From a virus (lineage: Duplodnaviria > Caudoviricetes), in IMG/VR virus record IMGVR_UViG_3300034084_000052, positions 1-43,737 of that record: a DNA stretch of 43,737 nucleotides. One strand, written 5' to 3'. This document shows positions 16,859-26,583 of the stretch, in pieces. Each line of letters begins with the position of its first letter. Positions within the stretch are counted from its first letter, which is position 1. The notes under the pieces are model-generated. The model ran no database searches and was not told the DNA's origin. It saw only the letters and a program-made list of their open reading frames with translations. The position numbers and the translations under genes were made by a program.

Positions 16859-17233
16859 ATGGCATTCGACCTCAAGCAGTTCATCGCGAAGGACACTGTG
16901 GAGGTGCAGGTCGTGCACCCCACCGAGGGCCCCACGGACTGGTACATCACCCTCCGAGGGAAGGCCTCCGTCGAATACATGAAGCAGCGAGCCGAGATCT
17001 TCGAGCAGAGTGCCCGTGCCGGCCGGAAGGCGCTCGAGAGCACGAAGCACTACGAGAAGGTCGAGACCCGCCTTCTGGTGGCCTCTGTCCTCGATTGGCG
17101 CGGCCTCGTCGAGGACGGCATCGATGTTCCGTTCTCCCGAGAGAAGGCCAAGGAACTCTTCGAGACCCCCGGCCTCTTCTGGCTCCGCGAGTTCATCGAC
17201 AATCAGATCACGGACGCGAGCCGTTTTTTCTAG
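16859..17233 (+). CDS. Tail assembly chaperone (gpG-like)
   Basis: Between tail tube and tape measure genes. HP..G...I...G, VLDWRGL...G..VPFS.E.A..L, and ends in RFF. Confidence 0.85.
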   Translation: MAFDLKQFIAKDTVEVQVVHPTEGPTDWYITLRGKASVEYMKQRAEIFEQSARAGRKALESTKHYEKVETRLLVASVLDWRGLVEDGIDVPFSREKAKELFETPGLFWLREFIDNQITDASRFF

Positions 17234-17601
17234 ATCTCGTCGCGCCGTTACCGGAGTGGTTTGAACTTCAGGCGCGACTGGACAAACCGGAGCCGACGGG
17301 TGGGACCACACGGGACCACCTGAAGGCGGCCTGGATCAAGACCGGGGTCATGCCCGAGCTCCTGGCTCGGGTCCCGGATCTTCCCCAGGAGATGGCGCAC
17401 CTTCTGAGGTGGCACAGGGAGGCGAGCATCTCCCGGCCCGTCGCGATGACCGCCACGCCCCTGCCCCTGCCGCATGCTGCGTGGTTGGCCTGGATCGAGT
17501 ACACTGGCTTAGAGCCCTCCGGGATGGAGCGGTTGCTGCTTCTGGAAATAGACTCAGCCTACTGCAACTCGTTCGGGAAGGAGGTCATAGGTGGCAACTG
17601 A
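17224..17601 (+). CDS. Tail assembly chaperone gpT-like extension, reached by -1 programmed frameshift
   Basis: Slippery heptamer T TTT TTC (17224-17230) just before TAG. The -1 frame is open to 17601 (TRDHL...PEL...P...W). Confidence 0.8.
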   Translation, partial: FFLDLVAPLPEWFELQARLDKPEPTGGTTRDHLKAAWIKTGVMPELLARVPDLPQEMAHLLRWHREASISRPVAMTATPLPLPHAAWLAWIEYTGLEPSGMERLLLLEIDSAYCNSFGKEVIGGN

Positions 17602-20473
17602 AGTCTCCTCCCTGACCGTCAAGGTCGACACCACTCAGCTATCGACGGCGATCAATAGGGCGAAGAGCACCAAGGGGTCGATGGAGGACCTCGACAAGAC
17701 TATGGAGAAAATCGCGAACGCCCAGATGAAGCTCGCGAACAAGGTCGACAACGCGCTGATCCGCTCCCACCAGCTCCAGGTGTCTCAGGCCCAAAAGGCC
17801 GCCAATTACCTCATCCAGACGGAAGTGAATAAGGAGAAGGCCATTCTCCGAGCCCGAAAGGCGGAAGAGGCCCGGCTCCAGGCGATCGAGCGAGCGGCCG
17901 CTCGGGAGATCGCAGCGGCCCAGCGGGTTGCAGCGGCGACCGAGAGGGAGTCCGCCCGGATTCAGCGAGCAAAGGACCGCGAAGCGGCCGCGTCGAGGCG
18001 AGCCGCGCAGCAGGCCGCCTCCTCCGGCGGAAGCGGTGGGGACGGCATCCGGGCTCGTCTGGGGGGCATGAGCAACATGGGCCCCGTCTCGGCCGGGGCG
18101 CTGTTCTCGGTCCCCTCGAACATCGCCATTCCCCTCGCAGCGATTGCCGCGGGCGTGACCGCCTTCACGGCCCTCGGCGCCGCGATCACGAGCGTCGGGG
18201 AGAAGATCATCAAGGTCTCGATGGACTTCGAACGGATCCGGAACATCCTCGCGGTGGGCGCCGGCTTCGGACAGGTCGGGGCCGAGATGGAGTACATCCG
18301 ATCCGTCGCGGACAAGATGGGCCTGAACTTCCTCTCCGCGGCCGACGGGTACGTCAAGCTCAGTGCCGCGGCCAAGGGGACGAGGTTGGAGGGTCAGGGC
18401 GTCAAGGCCGTCTTCGAGGCGATCTCGAAGGTGGGCGCGGTGATGCGCTTCTCCACAGGTGACATGAGCCTGTCCCTGCTCGCCCTCCAGCAGATGATCT
18501 CGAAGGGCAAGGTCTCCGCGGAAGAGCTGCGGCGCCAGTTGGCGCAGCGCATCCCCGGCGGCATGAAGATCGCTGCGGACGCTATGGGCATGACCACGGA
18601 CGCCTTCCAGAAGGCCCTGAAGGCCGGCGCAGTTTACTCGGACGTCTTCTTGCCGAAGTTCGCTGCCCAGCTCGAGAAGGTCTTCGGGGCCGGAGCGGAA
18701 GAGGCGGCGAACTCGCTCCAGGCCAACTTCAATCGGCTCGAGACCGCGGTCCAGTCCTTCTGGCTTTCGATGGACAACTTCGGTCTGAATCAGGGACTGA
18801 AGAACGCGATCAAGGGTATCGCTTCGGGGATCAACGAGATCTCCGAAGCAATAGGGAAGCTGGCCCTGACCGAGGGTGCGGATCAGCTCCGTGCGTCCGT
18901 GGAGACTCTCGGGACCGCGATAGGCATGCTGGCCAAGGACTTCGGGAAGTTCATCGGGCAGCAGATCACTCCCGCCGAGGCGATTGTCGTGACCCTGGCG
19001 ACAGGGGTCTACGCCCTCGCGGCAGCCTTCGCGGCAGCCGGAAGCGCCGCCGAAATGGCCTTCCACGGCGTCTCCGCCCTAGGTCTGGCCCTCGCCGGCG
19101 TGGCTGCGGCCCAATCGCAAAACTGGGATATGGCCGGGAAGTTCCTGACCGCTGCGAAGGAGTCCGGGAACAAGGCCTCCGAGGCATACGCGAATGTCGG
19201 GACCAGACTCAAGGAGATCAAGTCCAACTACGATGGACTGATGTCGGCGATGCAGCAGAGGCGGAACTTCGTCGGGCCCATGCCCCAGACGGGAATCCCG
19301 CAGGGACAAGGTGAGGAGGACCGCGAGGTCGCCGCAGGCAAGCGAACCGGAGTGGGAGCATTCATCCAGCAAATGAAGGAGAAGATCGCCGCCCTTCAGG
19401 AGGGTGCCCAGGCGGAGGCCGAGGTTCATCTGGCCAGCCTGAAGGGCACGGCCGCAGAGAAGAAGCTCGCCGACGAGCTCATCGACAAGCTGTACCAACT
19501 CAAGGCCGCGAAGCTCTCGGAGAAGGCCGCCCAGGACGAGAAGGCCGTTTCGGACGCGGCAGGCATCCGGCACTTGAACAAGCTGGTCGCGACCCAGGAC
19601 GAGTTTAAGCGGGCGATGGACAAGGAGGAGAACGGAGTCCTGAAGCTGATGGAGCTCCGGAAAGAGGGTCAGAGGATGGTGGACACCGAGCAGATCTCGA
19701 AGGAGCAGCTCGAGAAGACTATGGCCCGTCTCGCCCTCACCTACGACAAGACCGCTGCCGCTGCCGCCCGCCACCAGACCGAGATCGAAAAGGCGGTCAA
19801 TGCAGCCAACGCTCGGCACAGTGAACTCGAGGGCTACCGGAAGGAGATCGCGCTCCTCCAGGAGGGTCTGTCCAACGGCACCGCGAAGGACACCCAGGCG
19901 ATCTATGCCCGCATCCTGGAACTGAAGCGGAAGGTGAGCCCCGTGCTGGACGGCCTCGCCAACATCTTCGAACAGATCGGGGATCGCATCACGGATTCGC
20001 TGGTCGAGATGGCCTTCACCGGGAAGGCCTCCTTCGGCGATCTGGTCCAGTTCATGCTCAAGGAGATTGCGAAGCTGCTCCTGTATCAGAACATCATCAA
20101 GCCACTACTGAGCATGGGCGGTTCCGGTGGAGGTTGGATGGGCACCCTGGCTACCGTTCTAGGTGGGGCGGCCTCGAGTTCGGGTTCCGGCGGCGGCACG
20201 ACGAGCTGGGGCGATCCGGGGGGTAGTGGGGCGGGAAATTGGGGAAGCCTCAGCGGATCGTCCCCGGCTCCTTCCGCGGGCGGCTTCGTCGCCCCTGTCT
20301 CTCCCGGCGCAACCAACATCGAGGTCAAGATCGAGTCCTCCGGGAAGGCCTCCTCGAGCGTCCAGTCTCAGGGCGGAGTCGAGATCGCGCAGCAGTTAAA
20401 GTCCGCCATCGACCAGCGGATCATCGAGATGTCCCGCCCCGGTGGCGTGATCCACAAGGTGGTATATGGCTGA
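17591..20473 (+). CDS. Tape measure protein
   Basis: 960 aa, Ala-rich and helical. Tape-measure motif ALQQMISKGKVSAEELRRQLAQRIPG. Lambda-type C-terminus TGKASFGDL...RPGG. Confidence 0.95.
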   Translation: MATEVSSLTVKVDTTQLSTAINRAKSTKGSMEDLDKTMEKIANAQMKLANKVDNALIRSHQLQVSQAQKAANYLIQTEVNKEKAILRARKAEEARLQAIERAAAREIAAAQRVAAATERESARIQRAKDREAAASRRAAQQAASSGGSGGDGIRARLGGMSNMGPVSAGALFSVPSNIAIPLAAIAAGVTAFTALGAAITSVGEKIIKVSMDFERIRNILAVGAGFGQVGAEMEYIRSVADKMGLNFLSAADGYVKLSAAAKGTRLEGQGVKAVFEAISKVGAVMRFSTGDMSLSLLALQQMISKGKVSAEELRRQLAQRIPGGMKIAADAMGMTTDAFQKALKAGAVYSDVFLPKFAAQLEKVFGAGAEEAANSLQANFNRLETAVQSFWLSMDNFGLNQGLKNAIKGIASGINEISEAIGKLALTEGADQLRASVETLGTAIGMLAKDFGKFIGQQITPAEAIVVTLATGVYALAAAFAAAGSAAEMAFHGVSALGLALAGVAAAQSQNWDMAGKFLTAAKESGNKASEAYANVGTRLKEIKSNYDGLMSAMQQRRNFVGPMPQTGIPQGQGEEDREVAAGKRTGVGAFIQQMKEKIAALQEGAQAEAEVHLASLKGTAAEKKLADELIDKLYQLKAAKLSEKAAQDEKAVSDAAGIRHLNKLVATQDEFKRAMDKEENGVLKLMELRKEGQRMVDTEQISKEQLEKTMARLALTYDKTAAAAARHQTEIEKAVNAANARHSELEGYRKEIALLQEGLSNGTAKDTQAIYARILELKRKVSPVLDGLANIFEQIGDRITDSLVEMAFTGKASFGDLVQFMLKEIAKLLLYQNIIKPLLSMGGSGGGWMGTLATVLGGAASSSGSGGGTTSWGDPGGSGAGNWGSLSGSSPAPSAGGFVAPVSPGATNIEVKIESSGKASSSVQSQGGVEIAQQLKSAIDQRIIEMSRPGGVIHKVVYG

Positions 20474-20807
20474 TTTCGAATGGCAACCCGACTACAAGGC
20501 CGCCGACACCACGACGACGCCGAGGGTGATGATCGCCAAGTTCGGCGACAACTACGAGGAACGGCGAGCGAGCGGCATCAACTCCTTGCCGCGGGTGTGG
20601 AACCTGACCTTCACCAACACCAATTCTGAGATCGATGACATAGAAGATTTCCTCGTCGGGAAGGGAGGCGTCACGAAGTTCACCTTCACACCTCCCCGCT
20701 CCGTGACAGATGCCACGGTCGTTTGCTCGGACCCCTGGAAGAAGAGCGAGATAGAATACAACGTCAGTACCCTCACCGTCGTTTTCCGTGAAGTGTTCGA
20801 GGCCTAG
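20466..20807 (+). CDS. Minor tail protein gpM-like (distal tail)
   Basis: F.WQPD...PRV..AKFGDNYEER...GIN...WNLTF...F.FTPP...FREVF. Confidence 0.9.
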   Translation: MADFEWQPDYKAADTTTTPRVMIAKFGDNYEERRASGINSLPRVWNLTFTNTNSEIDDIEDFLVGKGGVTKFTFTPPRSVTDATVVCSDPWKKSEIEYNVSTLTVVFREVFEA

Positions 20808-20809
20808 AC

Positions 20810-23470
20810 ATGCCCGTAACCATCCTCACCCGCACAGCCAAGGGCTCTCCGCTCACCATCGCGGAGCAGGACGCGAACCTGACGAACCTGAAGAACGCGG
20901 TCGACGCCTTTGCTGCAGGCGCGGCGGATGCTTCGTACCTCGTCCTCGGCACCCATGCGGGTCTCACCGACGAACGTGTCCTCACCGCAGGCTCGGGCAT
21001 CTCCTTCGTGGACACGGGCGCGGGGGGCACCCTCACGATCTCGGCCACCGGCGGAGCACCTGCGGCCTCCGCGGTCACGGTCACCCCCGCCGGCAATATC
21101 GCCGCGACGGACGTGCAGGCGGCCCTCCAGGAGTTGGACACAGAGAAGATCCCGACCTCCGCAGCGACCGTCTTCGGTCTGTCCCTCCTGGACGACGCCG
21201 ACGCTTCCGCAGGCCGGACCACGCTGGGCCTTGGGACCGCTGCCGTAGCTGCAACAGGGGACTTCGACGCGGCAGGCGCCGCTGCTGCCGCTCAGGCGGC
21301 CTCTCAGCCCCTCGACACACAACTCACGAGCCTCGCCGGTCTAACCTACACCGGGAACACCCTCAAGGTCGTGAGGGTGAACGCCGGCGAGACCGGCTTC
21401 GAGTTGGCCACCCCTGGCGCAGCCGCGACCGCCGCCGCGGACGTGACCTTTACCCCCGCCGGCAACATCGCCGCGACGAACGTGCAGGCGGCCCTCCAGG
21501 AGCTGGACACCGAGAAGCAGCCCCTCGACACGCAGCTCACGAGCCTCGCTGCCCTCGCCTATGCCGGCAACACGTTGAAGGTCGTGCGTGTCAACGCCGG
21601 TGAAACTGACTTCGAGCTCGCGACCATATCCGGTGGTGCTGGTTCCTCTGGCGCTGCCGGGTTGATCCAGTATTCGGATGGTGCTGCCGGCTTCGCGGCG
21701 GAGGCTGGCTTCAGCTACGATGCGGCGACCAACCAGTTCACGGCTCCGGGCATGACCCTCACGGAGGACTTTATCCTCAGCGGGTCCATCAACGCCACGA
21801 TCTCGGCAGGCACGGACAACTGGGCTCCCACGGGCCACGCTACCGCCACAGTCATCCGGACCAACCCGGACTACCACGACTGGTACATCTCGGGGCTCAC
21901 GGCTGGTGTGGCGGGGCAGATCAAGATCATCGAGAATGTTTCGACCGCCTACGATTTCCGAATCCTCGACGAGAGTACCGCAAGCACGGCTGCCAACCGT
22001 TTCAAGCTGCCGAAGCGTGTCAACGGTGCACAGTCCATCGGATGGATCTCCCTGACCACGCATGAGGCTGCGATCTTCATCTACGACGGAACCGACTCCC
22101 GTTGGCGGCTGATCGCTGTCACGGGGCAGATGGGCTCCAGCCACTATGTTGAGAGCATCGGCACAGGCAACTTCACCGTCCAACCCCGGCACTACGGCAA
22201 GATCCTCGAGCACGGCGGCTCGGGGACGATTACCCTCGGCGCGAACACGATTGGCCTAGGTAAGTGGATCACGATCAAGACCGACCAGAACGCCACCGAT
22301 CCCACCATCGTCTCCACCAGCGGTGGAACAATGGAGCCCGTCACGGCGGACGGTCTGACAGGTCGGGTGTACCGAGTGATGCCGGGTCAGTGTGTCACAT
22401 TCTACAACGACAACACCTACTGGCAGCCTATGGGGGAGAACAACAAGCGCATCGAGCGAAAGACGATGCTGCTCTCGCCCTCTGCGCTGAGCGCGGACAC
22501 GAACTCGTGGAACCCGACTGGCATCCTGTATAGCAACTACATCCGCATCAGCAACACCGCCGCTGTCAAACTCACCGGGCTCGATGCCAACGATGGTGCG
22601 GCCGGGCGCTACAACCGCATCTATGTCCTGGAGAATGTCAGCGCGAACGCTCTGACCATCACGCATGACGATGCCAACTCCAGCGCGGGTCATCGGTTCC
22701 AGAACCCGGGTGGGCAGAACATCGTCCTCGCGCAGCACGAGTCAGCTTGCTACGCCTACGGCGGGAGCGGTGCTGGTCTTGCCGCATGGGTTCTTCAGTG
22801 GACCACCAGCAAGTGCCTTGACGGGCTCTTCTCCCAGAAGACGGTCAGCTATACCACGACCGCCCTGGACTTCGGCGGCATCGTGGAGGTCAATGCTGCG
22901 GGTGCGACCACCATGACCCTGATGACGGCGGTGGGCTACGCCGGGAAGTCTGTGACTTTCAAAAACATCGGGGCGGGCCTCGTCTCAATGGCCTCAACCT
23001 CCTCGCAGACGATCGACGGTGCCGCGGCTACGGGCTTCACGATCCCCCAGTGGTCCTCCAAGACGTTCTACTCGGACGGCGCGAACTGGAGGATGGTGTC
23101 GAATGGATTCGTCCGCACCCCGCTCCGCTGGTATTGGGAGCCCGCGCTCACGACCTCGGACAAGCAGCCTATCTACTACATCGAGGCCCCCGGTACTTTG
23201 AAGAACATCCGGTGGTATAGGGACGACGCCACGAGTGTCAGTGGCACGACGGTCCTGCTCCTCAAGAAGAACGGCTCCACCCTCTACACCTTGACCATCG
23301 AGACGGCCGCGGCCCAGGGCACTTGGTCCACGACCTGGAACGGCACAAGCCGAGCTGGGCTGACGGATGCCCTCGTCGCGGGAGACAGGCTCGAGATGAC
23401 GGTCTCCACCGGGAACACAACGATGAAGAACCTCACCGTGCAACTCGACATCGAGCAGGCGGTGTACTGA
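20810..23470 (+). CDS. Fibre protein 2
   Basis: R..KGSPLT..E.DAN..NL N-terminal anchor, duplicated VQAALQELDTEK modules and repeated beta-rich domains. 886 aa. Confidence 0.85.
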   Translation: MPVTILTRTAKGSPLTIAEQDANLTNLKNAVDAFAAGAADASYLVLGTHAGLTDERVLTAGSGISFVDTGAGGTLTISATGGAPAASAVTVTPAGNIAATDVQAALQELDTEKIPTSAATVFGLSLLDDADASAGRTTLGLGTAAVAATGDFDAAGAAAAAQAASQPLDTQLTSLAGLTYTGNTLKVVRVNAGETGFELATPGAAATAAADVTFTPAGNIAATNVQAALQELDTEKQPLDTQLTSLAALAYAGNTLKVVRVNAGETDFELATISGGAGSSGAAGLIQYSDGAAGFAAEAGFSYDAATNQFTAPGMTLTEDFILSGSINATISAGTDNWAPTGHATATVIRTNPDYHDWYISGLTAGVAGQIKIIENVSTAYDFRILDESTASTAANRFKLPKRVNGAQSIGWISLTTHEAAIFIYDGTDSRWRLIAVTGQMGSSHYVESIGTGNFTVQPRHYGKILEHGGSGTITLGANTIGLGKWITIKTDQNATDPTIVSTSGGTMEPVTADGLTGRVYRVMPGQCVTFYNDNTYWQPMGENNKRIERKTMLLSPSALSADTNSWNPTGILYSNYIRISNTAAVKLTGLDANDGAAGRYNRIYVLENVSANALTITHDDANSSAGHRFQNPGGQNIVLAQHESACYAYGGSGAGLAAWVLQWTTSKCLDGLFSQKTVSYTTTALDFGGIVEVNAAGATTMTLMTAVGYAGKSVTFKNIGAGLVSMASTSSQTIDGAAATGFTIPQWSSKTFYSDGANWRMVSNGFVRTPLRWYWEPALTTSDKQPIYYIEAPGTLKNIRWYRDDATSVSGTTVLLLKKNGSTLYTLTIETAAAQGTWSTTWNGTSRAGLTDALVAGDRLEMTVSTGNTTMKNLTVQLDIEQAVY
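21083..21625 (+). repeat. Internal duplications within fibre 2
   Basis: A 66-bp block at 21083-21148 repeats at 21452-21517, and a 108-bp block at 21305-21412 repeats at 21518-21625. The encoded peptides are near-identical. Confidence 0.9.
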
Positions 23471-24009
23471 TGGCGATTGAGGTCCGTAAACCCACCAACA
23501 GCGTTGCTGCGGTCGCTCCGACGAATAGCGGCACTTGGGACAACCTGGACCTCGCGAATGTCTACGACACCACGACAGCCGGGGACACCAGTACCTACGG
23601 GACGGTGGGGATCAGTGTCGCCCCGGGCGGGGCGATGTCGGAGGGCGTTTGGAGGTACGACACATTCCAGGCCGCGACGAAAACTTACACCGACTGTAAC
23701 CTCAAAATGCGGGTCGAGACGACCCTGGAGAATGGGGGGGCGAGTTCCTACATCATCATCCAGGCATTCAATGGACTCTCGACCCTCGGAACCCTCACCT
23801 CGAACCCCAGCGGAGCGACGACATATACCCTGTCCCTCGGGACCGAGATCCCCGCAGACCTGCGCGTCCGCATCGACATCGGGAACGACAACTCGATGGG
23901 GGGTGGGACAGTAACGGAGGGCGTTAGCATCTCGGACATCTGGGTCGAAGGGACGTACACTGAGTCAACGTCGGGGACCAAGAAGTCCGCGGCAGGAAGC
24001 AGCCACTAG
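23470..24009 (+). CDS. Fibre-associated virion protein (beta-rich)
   Basis: TGATG overlap with fibre 2. Thr/Ser/Gly-rich, ending ISDIWVEGTYT. Confidence 0.7.
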   Translation: MAIEVRKPTNSVAAVAPTNSGTWDNLDLANVYDTTTAGDTSTYGTVGISVAPGGAMSEGVWRYDTFQAATKTYTDCNLKMRVETTLENGGASSYIIIQAFNGLSTLGTLTSNPSGATTYTLSLGTEIPADLRVRIDIGNDNSMGGGTVTEGVSISDIWVEGTYTESTSGTKKSAAGSSH

Positions 24010-24018
24010 GAGAACAGC

Positions 24019-24363
24019 ATGGCCATCGAAAACGCCCCCGAGCAGATCGCCCTGAACCTCAAGAAGGAGGTCGCTGCCACGTCCGTGGTCCTCGGACGCT
24101 TGGTCCAGAAGAACCCCGAGACGGGCGCGATTGAGGTGATCTACCCCGTGACGATCAATTACGGATTCGTCACCTACGAACTCGACGCCGAGGGCAACAA
24201 GACGGACGTCTATGGGGCCGGCGACATGGGGTCCTTCCGGTTGCCCCCGGAGGAACTTCAGGCCTTGTGGATGATCCCCGTGACCCTCGAGGATGGGACC
24301 CAGACGGTTCTCGCGGAGGTCATCGCGAACGCGACGGATGCCGCGATTCAGAGCAGGCTCTAA
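24019..24363 (+). CDS. Hypothetical protein (possible fibre chaperone)
   Basis: AGGAG RBS, 114 aa, good codon bias. Confidence 0.7.
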   Translation: MAIENAPEQIALNLKKEVAATSVVLGRLVQKNPETGAIEVIYPVTINYGFVTYELDAEGNKTDVYGAGDMGSFRLPPEELQALWMIPVTLEDGTQTVLAEVIANATDAAIQSRL

Positions 24364-24372
24364 GGAGAGACG

Positions 24373-25113
24373 ATGGCTGGCGGAACTGGGAACCTCGGCG
24401 GGTTCGAGAGCGACTACGGAGCTCCAGGCTACGGCCTCGCCGGGTACAACACGGACAGCCCCCTCGACGGGACCGCACGGGAACTGAGCGGGGACGCCAT
24501 CATCGTCCTCTTCGTTCTGGACGCCACCAACTACGACGGCGGACAGATCTACCGATTCACCCCGATGACGAACGAGCTCAAGGCCCCCATCATCTGGCAG
24601 GGGGAGACCTACACACCCTTCCCCTGCGAGGCGGACGGCTTCGAGTTCGCCGGGGACGGCTCCATTCCTCGACCGAAGTTCGCCTTCTCAAACATCCAGG
24701 GCCTGCTCTCCCCGGTGATGGAAGCGATGGACGACTTCCAGGGCTCCAAGGTCACCCGCAAGCGAACCGAGGCCCGGTACCTCGACGCCGCCAACTTCGC
24801 CCTCGGGAACCCGAACGCGAACCCAGATGCGGCTTGGCCCGACGACGTCTACTACGTCGAACGGAAGACCCGGGAGACCCGAGACGTAATCGAGCTCGAA
24901 TTGTCCGCAGGAGGCGACTTCCAGGGGGCACAGATCCCCAAGAGGGTCTGCGCCGCGAACACCTGCCCTTGGGCATATAAGAGCGCAGAATGCACCTATG
25001 TGGGGGGTCTTCCGACCTGCGACAAGACCCTCACGGACTGCAAGACCCATTTCGGGGCCAACAACCCTCTGCCCTTTGGGGGCTTCCCTGGAGTTGGACG
25101 TTTCCGGAGGTAG
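24373..25113 (+). CDS. Minor tail protein gpL-like
   Basis: I.WQG..Y..FP..A.GFE, VTRKRT.ARYLDA.NF..GNP.A, and the Fe-S cysteine motif C.W.Y...EC.Y...C.K....C..HFG....LPFGGFPG. Confidence 0.95.
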   Translation: MAGGTGNLGGFESDYGAPGYGLAGYNTDSPLDGTARELSGDAIIVLFVLDATNYDGGQIYRFTPMTNELKAPIIWQGETYTPFPCEADGFEFAGDGSIPRPKFAFSNIQGLLSPVMEAMDDFQGSKVTRKRTEARYLDAANFALGNPNANPDAAWPDDVYYVERKTRETRDVIELELSAGGDFQGAQIPKRVCAANTCPWAYKSAECTYVGGLPTCDKTLTDCKTHFGANNPLPFGGFPGVGRFRR

Positions 25114-25117
25114 AGAG

Positions 25118-25843
25118 ATGGTGAACCCCGAGATCGTAGGACAGGCCCTTGAGCATGCCGCCAGAGAGTTCCCAAGGGAGTCCTGCGGGCTCCTGGTGGA
25201 CGTCAATGACGGGATCCGGTACAGGCCCTGCCGGAACCTTGCCCCTCCGGGTGCGGCCAAGGACGCCTTCCACATCGACCCCAAGGATTACATCCGGGCC
25301 GAGGAGGAGGGGGAGGTCGTCGCGATCGTGCACTCGCACCCCTACGTTTCCCCGGAGCCCTCCCTCCCGGATCTCGTCGCGATCGAACAGACCAGGGTGC
25401 CCTGGTTGATCGTGAACCCGAAACTCGGGACCCACACCTGGACGGAACCCTCGGGATTCCATGCCCCCTACGAGGGCAGGCCTTTCGTGCACGGACTCAC
25501 GGACTGCTACTCTCTCGTTAAGGACTATTACGAGAGGGAGTTGGGTGTGCTCCTTCCGCCCGTAACCCGTGAGGATGACTGGTGGCATAAGGGCGGAGAC
25601 CTGTACCGGAGCCTCTACGCCTCCGCCGGCTTCGAGAGAGTCACGGGCGCAGACCTCGAGCGATACGACCTCCTCGTCATGATGCTCGGCAACACGCCCG
25701 TCCCCAATCACGGCGCGGTCTACCTCGGGGAGGGACGAATCCTGCACCATGTCCAGGGAAGACTGTCCGCGATCGACGTGTATGGTGGATACTGGAAGAA
25801 GATCCATGTCGAGACGTATCGGCACAAGGCGGTGATGCGATGA
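25118..25843 (+). CDS. Tail tip assembly protein gpK-like (JAB/MPN + NlpC/P60)
   Basis: HA....P.ESCG, VHSHP....PS..D, GRPF.HG..DCYSL..DYY and PNHGAVYLG...ILHH. Confidence 0.95.
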   Translation: MVNPEIVGQALEHAAREFPRESCGLLVDVNDGIRYRPCRNLAPPGAAKDAFHIDPKDYIRAEEEGEVVAIVHSHPYVSPEPSLPDLVAIEQTRVPWLIVNPKLGTHTWTEPSGFHAPYEGRPFVHGLTDCYSLVKDYYERELGVLLPPVTREDDWWHKGGDLYRSLYASAGFERVTGADLERYDLLVMMLGNTPVPNHGAVYLGEGRILHHVQGRLSAIDVYGGYWKKIHVETYRHKAVMR

Positions 25844-26571
25844 TGACCACACTACACCTAGGGGGCTTCCTTGGGGAGAGGTATGGCCGAAAGCATCGCC
25901 TCGAGGTCGACCGCATCCAGGACGTGGTCCGAGGGCTCGCCTGCCAGATCCCAGGGTTCCGGAAGGATGTCCTGGACTACCGCCCCGGGTTCCATCTCAT
26001 CGTCGGGGACCGGGACCTAGGTCCGGGGCAGCTCGGGATGCGCCCGGCGCACGAGGATGTTTACCTCGTCCCTGCCATCATGGGCGGGGGCGGCAACACC
26101 CCCTGGCTCCAAATCATCATCGGCGCAGCACTGATCTACTTCACGGCCGGCGCAGCCTCCCCCGCGGTCGCCGCGGCGACAGGGACGAGCATGTCCGCGG
26201 CCGCGGGCATGGGGCTATCCGCGGGCATGATCGGGGCGATCAGTTCGGTGGGGTATGCGATGGTGCTGGGGGGCATCTCCCAGATGCTCTACCAGCCTGC
26301 GACCGCGGCTGCTCCGGGGGAACGACCCGAGAATCAGCCCTCCTACGTCTTCAATGGCGCAGTCAATGCGGAGGCCCAGGGGCATCCCATCCCGCTCCTC
26401 TACGGACAGCTCCGGGTTGGTTCCATCGTCGTCTCGGCGGGCATCGAGACGGTCCAGATGACGAGCGTCTCTGGTGGTGGCGGCGGTGGCGGCGGAGGTG
26501 TCGGTGACTGGGACAACTGGAATGATGATGGCGGCGGCGGATGGATCACCACGAATCAGGTCGTCGTCTAA
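25840..26571 (+). CDS. Tail assembly protein gpI-like
   Basis: L.G.LG.RYGR.H, L....PGF, QIIIGAALI and SY.F.G..N..AQG.PIP.LYG...VGS.V.SAGI. Confidence 0.92.
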   Translation: MMTTLHLGGFLGERYGRKHRLEVDRIQDVVRGLACQIPGFRKDVLDYRPGFHLIVGDRDLGPGQLGMRPAHEDVYLVPAIMGGGGNTPWLQIIIGAALIYFTAGAASPAVAAATGTSMSAAAGMGLSAGMIGAISSVGYAMVLGGISQMLYQPATAAAPGERPENQPSYVFNGAVNAEAQGHPIPLLYGQLRVGSIVVSAGIETVQMTSVSGGGGGGGGGVGDWDNWNDDGGGGWITTNQVVV

Positions 26572-26583
26572 TAGGAGAGAGCG

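Noticed and set aside
9922-20473. Abundant TCGA/GATC palindromes as evidence of restriction-proof modified DNA
   Set aside because: The frequent codon pairs (CTC GAG, GTC GAC, GAG ATC) explain it. It would need a codon-controlled count that I cannot run.
21083-21625. Diversity-generating retroelement TR/VR pair
   Set aside because: Both copies are in-frame within the N-terminal part of a gene, the differences are mostly synonymous and not adenine-specific, and there is no reverse transcriptase in the window.
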